Assembly: GCF_020745735.1 (NCBI RefSeq)
Contig: NW_026867487.1
Span: 2,232,001-2,296,000 of the forward strand
DNA length: 64,000 bases
Direction of reading: 5' to 3'
DNA from: Hemiscyllium ocellatum
Lineage: Eukaryota
Part shown: positions 25,690 through 37,457 of the stretch, piece after piece
How the letters are laid out: each line of letters starts with the position of its first letter
How positions within the stretch are numbered: position 1 is the stretch's first letter
Notes under the pieces: model-generated
Database searches by the model: none
What the model was told of the DNA's origin: nothing
What the model saw: only the letters and a program-made list of their open reading frames with translations
Translations under genes and position numbers: made by a program

Positions 25690-26755
25690 ACAGAGACATA
25701 CACCAGGGAAACAGACCCTTCGGCCCATCTCCTCCATGCTGACCCAGATATCCCTAACCCTAATCCAGTCCCATTCCCCAGCCCTCGGCCCATCTCCCTC
25801 TAACCCCTTCCTATCCCTGTCCCCACCCTGATGCCTTTGCAATGCTGTCATTGTCCCAGCCTCCCCCACATCCTCTGGCAGCTCATTCCACACACGCACC
25901 ACCCTCTGGGGGGAAAAGTTACCCCTCAGCTCCCTTTCCCCTCTCCCCTTAAACCTACGCCCCTCTAGTTCTGGACTCCCCCACCCCAGGGGGTAAAGAC
26001 CTGGTCTATTTACCCTCTCCATGTCCCCCTCATGATTTTATAAACCTCTATAAGGTCACCCCTCAGCCCCCGACGCTCCAGGGAAAACAGCCCCAGCCTG
26101 TTCAGCCTCTCCCTGTAGCTCAGACCCTCCAACCCTGGCAACATCCTTGTAAATCTTTTCTGAACCCTTTCTAGTTTCACAACATCTTTCCGATAGGAAG
26201 GAGACCAGAATTGCACGGAATATTCCAACAGTGGCCTAACCAATGTCCTGTATAGCCGCAACATGACCCTCCCAACTCCTGTACTCAATACTCTGACCAA
26301 TAAAGGAAAGCATACCAAACGCTGCCTTCACTATCCTATCGACCTGCGACTCCACTTTCAAGGAGCTATGAACCTGCACTCCAAGGTCTCTTTGTTCAGC
26401 AGCACTCCCTAGGACCTCACCATGAAGTGTATAAGTCCTGCTAAGATTTGCTTTCCCAAAATGCAGCACCTCGCATTTATCTGAATTAAACTCCATCTGC
26501 CACTTCTCAGCCCATTGGCCCATCTGGTCCAGATCCTGTTGTAATCTGAGGTAACCCTCTTCGCTGTCCCACTACACCTCCAATTTTGGGGTCATCTGCA
26601 AACTTACTAACTATACCTCTTATGCTCGCATCCAAATCATTTATGTAAATGACCAAAAAGTAGAGGGCCCAGCACCGATCCTTGTGGCCCTCCACTGGTC
26701 ACAGGCCTCCAGTCTGAAAAACAACCCTCCACCACCACCCTCTGTCTTCCACCTG
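25690..26755 (-). mobile_element. CR1 LINE 3' fragment
   Basis: RT C-terminal ORFs at 26010-26695 (YINDLD, KFADD, WQMEFN). Confidence 0.9.
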
Positions 26756-27272
26756 AGACTCCAGTTAGGAGGAACTCTGAACCTGCAGCCCAAGGTCTGT
26801 CTGCGCAGCGTCACTCCCCAGGAGTGGCGTTGCTGTCCTCATGTTACTCGTCCTTTCTGTTCCGAACCCGTTGACCCGAGACGGGTTGTGGCGAAAGTGT
26901 GCTGCGGGAACGCGACGCAAGGCCGGGCTGAAGGAAGCAGAGATCGGGAGGGGAGGGGTGAGAGGGAGGAGAAAGAAAGGAGACCAGACGCCTGGGGGGG
27001 GGAGGTCCGCTCAAAGGCGAAAAGGAAGCTTTAATGGACAGAACTCTGAAACAACCGGGTAGGAAGGAGCCAAGCCCTGAGGGAGGGGGAGACGCCACAT
27101 CAGGTGGTGGGGGTAGGGAGTCGATTGAAGACCACGGGATGTTTCGGTCAGGCCGTGTGAACCCAGAGACCCACCGCAGGGTGGGGGGAGTGGTCAGCGA
27201 AAGGTTGGGGGGGGTCAGTGTTCAGCCTCTGGGGTTCTCCCACCCCAGGTCCCTCCCCGTGCCACGTCCCGT

Positions 27273-27514
27273 TCACATCTTCTTCATCTTGTACAGGCCG
27301 TTCGCCCCCAGGGCCCGCGCCTGGGCCTGGGCCTGGGCCTGGGGTTGGCGGAGCTCCTGGGCAGCCCCTTCGCTCGGGGAGAAGGTGAAGAAGCCCCCCG
27401 ACCGCTCTGCCGCGGGGGAGCCGAAGAAGGAGGGGCGCAGGTGGAAGTCCCCACCCTCCCCGGCAGCCGGCCTACCCTGGGGGCTCTCCGTCGGGATGTA
27501 CTTGGCCAGGCCCC
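27273..27514 (-). CDS. CCNB1IP1: CCNB1IP1 coding exon 3
   Basis: cag|GLAKYIPTESPQGRPAAGEGGDFHLRPSFFGSP...FFTFSPS...PQAQAQAQAR...YKMKKM TGA. Confidence 0.9.
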
Positions 27515-30500
27515 CTGCAGGGAGAGAGAGAGAGAGAAACCAGGAATGTGGTCAGCAGCAAACCCCAGTGCCCCATCACATCCCCACGTCCCCCACCCCT
27601 CCTCTCCCCGGTGAGACCATACACGGTGGCACAGTGGTTAGCACTGCTGCCTCCCAGCGCCTGAGACCCGGGTTCGATTCCCGACTCAGGCGACTGACTG
27701 TGTGGAGTTTGCACGTTCTCCCCGTGTCTGCGTGGGTTTCCTCCGGGTGCTCCGGTTTCCTCCCACAGTCCAAAGGTGTGCGGGTCAGGTGAATTGGCCG
27801 TGCTAAATTGTCCGTAGTGTTAGGTGTAGGGGAGTGGGTCTGGGTGGGTTACGCTTCGGCGGGTCGGTGTGGACTTGTTGGGCCGAAGGGCCTGTTTCCA
27901 CACTGTAATCTAACACATCGAACAGTGTGTGACTGCAGAGAGTGGGACAGTGAGAAGGAGAGAGAGAGAACGAGACTGAGTGATAGAGTGTGAAGAGTCA
28001 GACACATATGGAGAAAGACAGCTCAGCGAGAGAGGGACGGAGACAGAAAGTGAAAGAGAGAGAGGGAGGGACTGACAGAGGGTGACAGAGAAAGGGAGAG
28101 AGGGGGGAAGACAGAGGGACAGAGAGAGAGGGACAGACAGGGAGGGATAGAGACGGAGAAAGAGGGAGACAGAGAAAGGGAGATGGAGGGACGGAGACAG
28201 GGAGGGAGAGAGAGAGAGAGAGAGTAAGGGGGGGAAGGATGGTGACAGAGGGAGAGACAGACAGACGGGAGAGAGAGAGACAAAAAGGAGATGGAAGGAG
28301 GGAGGAAGCAGAGATAGAGAGGGATGGACAGAGAAGGCAACAGAAAGGGAGGTAAACAGAGGGAGGGATGGAGAGAGAGACAGAAATAGAGATGGAGGGA
28401 GGGCTGGAGACAGACGGGGAGAGAGGGATGGTGACAGAGGGAGGAACACAGATCAAGGAAGAGAGAGAGAGAGACAAAGGTGAGTGAAGAGCACGCGGTG
28501 CTGGTGGTGGTTTCGGAAGGATGGCGGTCAGGGAAGCTGCCTGCCTCTTACCCATGGGCAGGCTGTAGAGAGCTGTGGAAGGTGGAGCAGACACCGCGGA
28601 GTCTCCCTCCCCTGTCATGGCCAGGGTGCGGAGCCTCAGGCTGTCGTAGAGCCCTTGCAGTTTCTGGTACTGTCGGTTCCTCTCCATCAGCTTCTCCGAG
28701 ATCTCGCTGTACTTTTTCTTGTACTCCTCCAGCAGCTTCTTGAGGGAGGAGACCTCCCCACGGCTGTTGCTGACCTCCATGTCCTTCCCCTGGATCTGCT
28801 GGGTGTACAGTTTCTCCATCTGCCTCAGCCGGCTCTCGGCCTTGCTGTAGGCGTACTCCTGGTACAGCCTCTCCTGGTGGATCTGAGAGAGGGAGGGGAG
28901 GTGAGTTAAAACCAGCTCCCGCCCCCTCCCCTTCCCCCCTCCCGCGGACAGGGAGGAAGCCCCAGCAGAATGGAAATACCGGGGGGGTCGTTTCTGGGGA
29001 TAGCCAGTCTGACCCAGCCGGTCTCAGAGCTGCGTGGGTCTCCATCCCCCCAACCCCACACTCTATCCCCCCACACCCACCCTCCTCTACCCTCCACCCA
29101 TTCCCCCAACCCCCAACAGTGTGGAAACAGGCCCTTTGGCCCAACAAGTCCACACTGACCCTCCGAAGTGTAACCTACCCAGAGGCATTCCGCTATTACT
29201 CAACATCTACCCCTTGACCAATCCACCCTAACCTGCACATCCCTGGGCACTATGGGTAATTTAGCATGGCCAATCCACCCTAACCTGCACATCCCTGGGC
29301 ACTATGGGTAATTTAGCATGGCCAATCCACCCTCACCTGCACATCCCTGGGCACTATGGGTAATTTAGCACGGTCAATCCACCCTCACCTGCACATCCCT
29401 GGGCACTATGGGTAATTTAGCATGGCCAATCCACTCTAACCTGCACATCCCTGGGCACTATGGGTAATTTAGCACGGCCAATCCCCCCAACCTCCACATC
29501 CCTGGGCACTATGGGTAATTTAGCATAGCCAATCCACTCTAACCTGCACATCCCTGGGCACTATGGGTAATTTAGCATGGCCAATCCACCCTAACCTGCA
29601 CATCCCTGGGCACTATGGGTAATTTAGCACAGCCAATCCACCCTAACCTGCACACCCCTGGGCACTATGGGTAATTTAGCATGGCCAATCCACCCTAACC
29701 TGCACATCCCTGGGCACTATGGGTAATTTATCATGGCCAATCCACCCTAACCTGCACATCCCTGGGCACTATGGGTAATTTAGCACGGCCAATCCACCCT
29801 AACGTGCACATCCCTGGGCACTATGGGTAATTTAGCACAGCCAATCCACCCTAACCTGCACACCCCTGGGCACTATGGGTAATTTAGCACAGCCAATCCA
29901 CCCTAACCTGCACACCCCTGGGCACTATGGGTAATTTAGCACAGCCAATCCACCCTAACCTGCACATCCCTGGGCACTATGGGTAATTTAGCATGGCCAA
30001 TCCACCCTAACCTGCACATCCCTGGGCACTATGGGTAATTTATCATGGCCAATCCACCCTAACCTGCACATCCCTGGGCACTATGGGTAATTTTGCACGG
30101 CCAATCCACCCTAACGTGCACATCCCTGGGCACTATGGGTAATTTAGCACGGCCAATCCACCCTAACCTGCACACCCCTGGGCACTATGGGTAATTTAGC
30201 ACAGCCAATCCACCCTAACCTGCACACCCCTGGGCACTATGGGTAATTTAGCACAGCCAATCCACCCTAACCTGCACATCCCTGGACACTATGGGTAATT
30301 TATCATGGCCAATCCACCCTCACCTGCACATTCCTGGATTGTGGGAGGAAACCAGAACACCAAAGACTCTCAACTCCCAGCCTTAACCCTGGTCCCGATA
30401 CGTACCAGTGAGTACAGTCCCAACCTGCTTAGCCTTTGCTCGTCAGAAAATTCCCCGGTACCCCAGAGACCGCCTGAGTGAACCTCCTGTGGATTGCCTC

Positions 30501-33500
30501 CAGCAGCATAATGTCTCTGACTAAACGCGGGGAACCAAAACTGCTCAGGGTGCTCCCGAAGCAGCCTCCACAGCACCATGTCCGGTCACAGACAGGCGTC
30601 CTCCCACCCCCACCCCCCCCCCCGTACACCCCAACCCACTTTGAGGTTAGGGCCAACCTTTCACTCCCCTTTTCCTGATTCCCTGCTGTCCCCGGGTGTG
30701 CTCACCCACCTGCTCTGGTCTCCCTGAGTCGGAGAGCGTGGTAAACGGGCCCTTCGGCCCGACCATTACAGCCCTCTGTGTGGGAGTTTGCTCTCTGTTT
30801 GCGTACAGTCCTGTTCTGCGGGTTGTTGGAGCAGATTCGGGTCGTGGATCAGGTTGTAAATTCCCTCGCTGTGCCGGTGGGTCTGTTTTTCAGACGTTTC
30901 GTCACCACGCTCGGTGACATCATCCGTGAAGCGCTGGTCTTCTGCCCCGCTTTCTACTCGTGGCTGTTGGTCTGTTGTGATGGTCGATATCGTTTCCGGT
31001 TCTCCTGCTCAGCAGTGGGTCCAAATCAGCGTATCTTTCGATGGGCGTTCGGTGTGAATGCCCGACCTGTGGGAATTCCCAGGCGTGTCTCTGTTTAGCC
31101 TGTCCCAGCTGGGATGGGTTGTGCCAGTCGGAGTGGTGTCCTTCTCAATCTGTGTGTTCCAATCTTTTGACCTCCCTTGCCAAACCCACCCATTTCGCAT
31201 CGCCCCACGTCGCACTCTGTCTGCCAACTTCTTTCTCACGGTCGATATCTCTCTGTGAACCATTTGCGTCCCTCTCACAAGTCGCCTTCCCCATCTACCT
31301 ACCTGCGCCACATCCTCCCCTCCCCTCCCCTCCCAGTCATGAGTACGTTCTGTGAACGGTTACGGCCGCGGGTCGTAGAAAGAACCCCTTCTCCCGACTC
31401 CGTCCCCTGCCCGCTGGACAGTGTTCCAGCACCCGACCTCCGACACCATGGGCTCTCACCCTCGCGGGTCTCTGACCCACCTTGGCAAATATCTTCTGGG
31501 AAGTCGGAATACAGCACATCTACTGGCTCCCCTTGATCCACCCTGATGGAGACTTCCTGGAAACTCTCTGACCAGTCAATAGGGGGTGTCACCTTGGTAG
31601 TTTGCCAATCCTCTTGCACGTCTCCAAAGAACAAAGACAATTTACAGCCCAGGAATGGGCCCTTCGGCCCTCCAAGCCTGAGCCGATCCAAATCCCCTAT
31701 CTAAACCTGTCGCCCAATCCTGAAGCATCTGTATCCCTCTGCTCCCCACCTCCTCATGCATCTGTCCATACCCATCTTAAATGAATCTACCATGCCTGGC
31801 TCTACCACCTTGGCTGGCAATGCATTCCAGGCACCTACCACCCTCTGTGTAAGTACTTGCCGCGTGTATCCCCCTTCAACCTCTCACCTTGAACACGTGA
31901 CCTTTCGTTATTGAATCCCTCACCCTGGGGAAAAAGCTGTCTCTCTCCCACCCTGCCGATACCCTTCATGATTTTGTAAACCTCAATCAGGTTCCCCCCC
32001 CCCCCCCCCCAACCTCCTCCTATCTAATGAAACCAACCTATTCAACCTCTCTTCATAGCTCGCTCCTTCCATACCAGGCAACATCCTCACAAAATTTAGG
32101 GGCGGCACAGTGGTTAGCACTGCTGCCTCACAGCACCAGAGACCCGGGTTCAATTCCCGACTCAGGTGACTGACTGTGTGGAGTTTGCACTTTCTCCCCG
32201 TGTCTGCGTGGGTTTCCTCCGGGTGCTCCGGTTTCCTCCCACAGTCACAAAGATGTGCGGGTCAGGTGAATTGGCCATGCTAAATTGCCCGTAGTGTTAG
32301 GTAAGGGTATGGGTGGGTTGCGCTTCGGCGGGTCGGTGTGGACTTGTTGGGCCGAAGGGCCTGTTTCCACACTGTAAGTCTAATCTAATCTAAACCTTCT
32401 CTGCATCCTCTCCAACGCATCCACGTCCTTTCGGTAATGTGGCGCCCAGAACTGTACACAGGAGTCTAAATGCAGCCGAACCAATGTCTTGTACAATTTT
32501 AGTATGGCTTGCCAGCTCTTACACTCAGTACCTCATCCGATAAAGGCAAGCATAGTACATGCCTTTGTGACCACTCTATCCACCTGTGCAGCAACCTTCA
32601 GCGTACAATGGACCTGCACTCCCAGATCTCTCTGCCCATCAACTCTTCCCAAGGCTCTTCCATTCACTGTATAAATCACTCTAGAATTAGACTTCTCACA
32701 TTTGTCTGCATTGAACTCCATCTGCCACTTCTCTGCCCAACTCTCCAGACTGTCTATATCCTCCTTTATTTTCTGATAGTCCCTTATGCTTTCTGCTACT
32801 CCACCAATCTTTGTGTCATCTGTAAACTTGCTGATCATTTATGTATATCACAAACACCAGTGACCCCAGCACTGACCCCTGTAGAACATCACTGGTCACC
32901 TTTCTCCATTTCGAGAAACTCCCTTCAACTACCAATCCGTGTCTCCTGCTGCTCAACCAGTTCTTTACCCACCTAGCTAGAACACCCTGCACACCATGTG
33001 ACTTCACTTTCTCCATTAGTCTACCATGGGGAACCTTATCAAACACCTTACTAAAGTCCATGTATGTGACATCTACAGCCTTCCTTCGTTAACAACTTGT
33101 CACTTCCTCAAAGAACTCTATTAAGTTGGTAAGGCACGATCTCCCTGGCATAAACCGTGTTGCCCATCACCGGTAAGCTCATTCTCTTCCAAATATAAAT
33201 AGATTCCATCCCTCAGTACCTTCTGCAGCAACTTTCCCATCACTGACGTCAGGCTCACCGGCCTGTAGTTACCCGGAATATCCCTACTACCCTTCTTGTA
33301 CAGGGGAACAGCATTAGCAACTCTCCAGTCCTCAGGCACCTCACCTAGGTTTCAGGATGCTACAAAGATATCTGTCAGGGCTCCAGCTATTAAGATTGGT
33401 CCTACTGTCCCGATATTCCTCCAGGTCCTGTTCTGTTCTTAGCTGCCTGGACCTGATGTACGCTTCCCTTTTCCTCCTGGCTAGTCGCACAATTTCTCCT

Positions 33501-36076
33501 GTCATCCACGGTTCACCAATCTTGCCTTTCAAAGGGACATGCCTATCCTGCACTATCTTTGAAAGCCTCCCACATCTCAAATGTGGGCATGCCTTCAAAT
33601 AGCTGCCCCCAATCCACATTTCCCAGCTCCTGCCTCATTTTGATATAACTGACCTTGGCCCAGTTTAGTACACTTCCCTGAGGACCACTCTCACCTTTGT
33701 CTTCGAGTTATTCTAAAACTGACAGAATTTGTGGTCACTGTTTCCAAAGATATCCCCCCACTGCAACGTCTACCAGCTGGCCTGGCTCGTTCCCCAACAC
33801 CAGGTCCAATATGGTCCCTTCCCTAGTCGGATTATTTGACATACTGCTCTAGAAAACATTCCTGAATGCTCCTTACAAATTCTCCCCAGTCCTGACCTCT
33901 GACACTAAGTGTATCCCAGTCAATGTTGGGAAAATTAAAATCTCCCATCACCACCACCACCCTGTAGCCTCCACGTCTTTCCAGGGTCTGTTTACCTGTT
34001 TGTTCTTCTACCTCGCGCTCGCTGTTGGGAGGCCCACAATACAGTCCCAACGATGTAACTGGACCCTTCTTACTCCTCATAACGCCTCACTGCTCAAGCC
34101 CTCCATAGTGTCCTCCTTTAACACAGCCGTGATATCATCCTTGACCAGCAATGCAAATCCTCCCACCCCCACCCCCCCCCCCCAACCCCCACCTCTTTTA
34201 CTTCCCTCCCTGTCCCGTCTGAAGCGTCCATATCCAGAATCCAAACGTTTTGGGAAACTCGCGACCCTGATGCGTCCACCGTCTCCCTCTGTTAGGACCC
34301 AAGGATGCAAGTCTTTGGGGCTGCAGCATTGAGCAGCCTTTTGCCTCCGTTTAATCGGTCTCGTACCACGTGACCGGCTCTTGAATGATCCCTTTTTGAG
34401 TCAGTCGTCCCCTTCCTTGGCTCGCCGTGGTTGGTTCGTCCCTCTCCTTCGACCTTTCCGCGATGTATTTTTTGCCGAGAGTCCCGGGTTACCTCCCCGC
34501 CCGCCTGCCCATGCCTGGTTATTGTCCTTCCTGCTCATCCACCCGCCCTTCTTTCGTTCCGTTCCCTTTAGTTTACCTGTGGTTTCTGACCCCGATTTCT
34601 CACTCTCTCGAAGCGAATAGTAAATCCCGTCACGTTATGATCACTATTGCCCGGGGGGAGCCTGCACTCTCAGATCACCCGTCTAAACCCGCTTCATTGA
34701 CCAGTGACAGGTCCAGGATTCCCGGCTGGGTCCACGACGCAGGGGGGGGTCTAGGAAACTACCCCCCCCCCCCATCCCACCCCCACCCCAGGGACGCCCT
34801 CTATGTTCCCCATCGTAGCTGCCCATTCCCGTTCAGCCAAGTTAACCTGAACGTTACTGACCCTCCCGGCCACAGGGGGGCGGTGTGTGTGGAGGTGTCA
34901 CTGACCCTCCCGGCCACAGGGGGGCGGTGTGTGTGGAGGTGTCACTGACCCTCCCGGCCACAGGGGGCGGTGTGTGTGGAGGTGTCACTGACCCTCCCGG
35001 CCGCAGGGGGCGGTGTGTGTGGAGGTGTCACTGACCCTCCCGGCCACAGGGGGCGGTGTGTGCGGAGGTGTCACTGACCCTCCCGGCCGCAGGGGGCGGT
35101 GTGCGCGGAGGTCGCTGCCCCTCCCGGCCGCAGGGGGCGGTGTGCGCGGAGGTCGCTGACCCTCCCTACCACAGGGGGCGGTGTGCGCGGAGGTCGCTGA
35201 CCCTCCCGGCCACAGGGGGCGGTGTGCGCGGAGGTGTCACTGACCCTCCCTACCACAGGGGGCGGTGTGCGTGGAGGTCGCTGACCCTCCCTACCACAGG
35301 AGGCGGTGTGCGCGGAGGTCGCTGACCCTCCCTACCACAGGGGGCGGTGTGCGCGGAGGTCGCTGACCCTCCCGGCCGCAGGGGGCGGTGTGCGCGGAGG
35401 TCGCTGACCCTCCCGGCCACAGGGGGCGGTGTGCGCGGAGGTCGCTGACCCTCCCGGCCACAGGGGGCGGTGTGCGCGGAGGTCGCTGACCCTCCCGGCC
35501 ACAGGGGGCGGTGTGCGCGGAGGCCGCTGACCCTCCCGGCCACAGGGGGCGGTGTGCGCGGAGGTCGCTGACCCTCCCGGCCGCAGGGGGCGGTGTGCGC
35601 GGAGGTCGCTGACCCTCCCGGCCACAGGGGGCGGTGTGCGCGGAGGTCGCTGACCCTCCCGGCCACAGGGGGCGGTGTGCGCGGAGGTCGCTGACCCTCC
35701 CGGCCACAGGGGGCGGTGTGCGCGGAGGTGTCGCTGACCCTCCCGGCCACAGGGGGCGGTGTGCGCGGAGGTCGCTGACCTGGTAGGTCCAGAAGGCGAG
35801 CGCTCGGGACGCGATGTCGAGGATGAGCTCTGGCCGGAGGCCGGACAGCACCATGGCCTTGTATTCCTCGGACGGGCTGAGCTCGGTGCGGACGATGTCC
35901 AGCTTGCCGGCCAGCGCGCTCTTGCAGGCCGGGCACAGGGCGGGCGAGCGGCTGAACTCGCCGCTGCCGTGCTGGTCGCAGAAGACGTGCGAGCAGGCGG
36001 TGACCCAGGCGAAGCCGGACAGCTTGGCGCGGCACTTGGCGAAGTTACACAGCAGCACGTCCTCGCACATCGCCAT
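27273..36076 (-). CDS. CCNB1IP1: E3 ubiquitin ligase CCNB1IP1/HEI10 (RING plus coiled coil), complete, 289 aa
   Basis: Exons 36076-35780 (297 nt), 28882-28552 (331 nt) and 27514-27273 (242 nt) total 870 nt. Product: MAMCEDVLLCNFAKCRAKLSGFAWVTACSHVFCDQHGSGEFSRSPALCPAC...FWTYQ/IHQERLYQEY...KLMERNRQYQKLQGLYDSLRLR...LYKMKKM*. Candidate ATTAAA at 27035-27030. Confidence 0.96.
27622..27912 (+). mobile_element. tRNA-derived SINE, single-unit form
   Basis: GGTGGCACAGTGGTTAGC, B box GGTTCGATTCC, core and CR1-like tail. Confidence 0.9.
28552..28882 (-). CDS. CCNB1IP1: CCNB1IP1 coding exon 2 (coiled coil)
   Basis: cag|IHQERLYQEY...YSLPM G|gtaag. Confidence 0.94.
29115..30360 (-). repeat. SINE with about 21 internal 52-bp units (CCNB1IP1 intron)
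   Basis: Array at about 29220-30335 lies between the SINE tail and the SINE core. Confidence 0.9.
30780..31150 (-). mobile_element. Degraded Penelope 3' end/pLTR with a hammerhead motif at 30889-30930
   Basis: Similar to 62205-62620; minus strand TTCA CGGATGA T GTCACC-GAGCGT-GGTGAC GAAAC GTC TGAA. Confidence 0.7.
31630..34230 (-). mobile_element. Longer decayed CR1 LINE (endonuclease plus RT) interrupted by a SINE
   Basis: MGDFNFPNIDW, PEDWRVANAVPLYKKG, GNYRPVSLTS, DFSKVFDKVPH, WQMEFN. Confidence 0.9.
32098..32392 (+). mobile_element. tRNA-derived SINE nested in the CR1
   Basis: Full head, core and tail, ending in (AATCT)n. Confidence 0.9.
34857..35779. repeat. 41-43-bp GC-rich minisatellite starting at the CCNB1IP1 exon 1 donor
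   Basis: About 22 copies of CTGACCCTCCCGGCCACAGGGGGCGGTGTGCGCGGAGGTCG. Confidence 0.92.
35780..36076 (-). CDS. CCNB1IP1: CCNB1IP1 coding exon 1 (RING domain)
   Basis: ATG at 36076; ends TAC CAG|gtcagc. Confidence 0.95.
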
Positions 36077-36320
36077 CGGGGGCCGCCCCGCTCCGCCCCG
36101 CTCCCCTGACAAGGCCGCACTGACACTGCGCAGGCGCCGCGCGGGAAACCGACCGCCTGTCCCGGGCATGCGCGCCAACGGCAGCGGGGGGGGCGGGGCC
36201 GGCAACGCGCAGGCGCGCACGGCTGGTCACCAGTGTCGGGAGGGTCAGCGCGTGGAACGCTTCCAGCAGGCGGCGGCCCTGGAGGGCGTGGTGCCAGGGC
36301 GCATGCTCCTGCGGCGCAGC
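36077..36320 (-). promoter_or_regulatory. CpG-rich CCNB1IP1 upstream region with NRF1-, E2F-, MYB- and GC-box-like motifs
   Basis: TGCGCAGGCGC 36127-36137, GCGCGGGAAA 36139-36148, CAACGG 36176-36181, GGGGCGGGGC 36190-36199, GCGCAGGCGC 36207-36216. Confidence 0.6.
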
Positions 36321-36339
36321 GACGTCTGTGACAGTCCCC

Positions 36340-37125
36340 CCACTGAGAGAAGTACCCCCAGAACTGAGATACTCCCCCAGCGCTGAGACACTCCCCCAGT
36401 GTTGAGGTCCTACCACTGAGACATTCCCCCCACTGAGACACTCCCCCCTCCCCCCCACTGAGACATTCCCCCCGCTGAGACACTCCCCCCTCCCCCCACT
36501 GGGACACTCCCCCTCCCCCCCACTGAGACACTCCCCCCTCCCCTCACTGAGACACTCCCCCTGCCCCCCACCGAGACAATCCACCCTCCCCCCCACCGAG
36601 ACACTCCACCCTCCCCCCACCGAGACATTCCCCCTCCCACCCACTGAGACACTCCTCCCTCCCCCCACTGAGACACTCCCCCTCCCCCCACTGAGACACT
36701 CCCCCTCCCCCCACTGAGACACTCCCCCTCCCCCCACTGAGACACTCCCCCCTCCCCCCACTGAGACACTCCCCCCTCCCCCCCACTGAGACACTCCCCC
36801 TCCCCCCACTGAGACACTCCCCCCTCCCCCCACTGAGACACTCCCCCCTACCCCCACTGAGACACTCCCCCCTCTCCCCACTGAGACACTCCCCCCTCTC
36901 CCCACTGAGACACTCCCCCCTACCCCCACTGAGACACCCCCCACTGAGACACTCCCCCTCCCCCACTGAGACCCTCCCCCTCCCCCCCACTGAGACACTC
37001 CCCTTCCCCCCACTGAGACACTCCCCCTCCCCCCCACTGAGACACTCCCCTCTCCCCCCACTGAGACACTCCCCCTCCCCCCACTGAGACACTTCCCCCT
37101 CCCCCCACTGAGACACTTCCCCCTG
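36340..37125. repeat. Minisatellite of about 23-24 bp upstream of CCNB1IP1
   Basis: About 33 copies of CACTGAGACACTCCCCCTCCCCC. Confidence 0.9.
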
Positions 37126-37457
37126 CCCAAACTAAGTCACCTCCCATCTCCTTCCACACTGAGCCCTCACCTTGCCCCCACCTGAACCCCCTCCCCTTTT
37201 CCCAATGGTCAGCACCCATCCCCTCGGTGCTCCTCCTTTCCCCTCTAAATCCCCCCCCACGCCAACTGAGCTCTGCCCCCGTTCCCCACCTCTTCCCCCT
37301 TACCCGCCCTGCCATAACAGTCACCATTTCCAGTTCAGTACGACTCTCTGTCAGAGCTGTCACTCCAGCCTGTGTAACATGTAGCTTTGACGACTTACAC
37401 AACGTTCAGCTCCACTCGCCGCTCCCTTGGATACGCAAACAGTCCGCGTCAACAGAT

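Noticed and set aside
27622-27700. tRNA genes at SINE heads
   Set aside because: The A/B boxes continue into SINE core and LINE-like tail, so these are SINE heads.
27034-27792. 252-aa plus-strand ORF
   Set aside because: It is antisense to the GC-rich CCNB1IP1 exon 3 and runs into a SINE; there is no independent coding signal.
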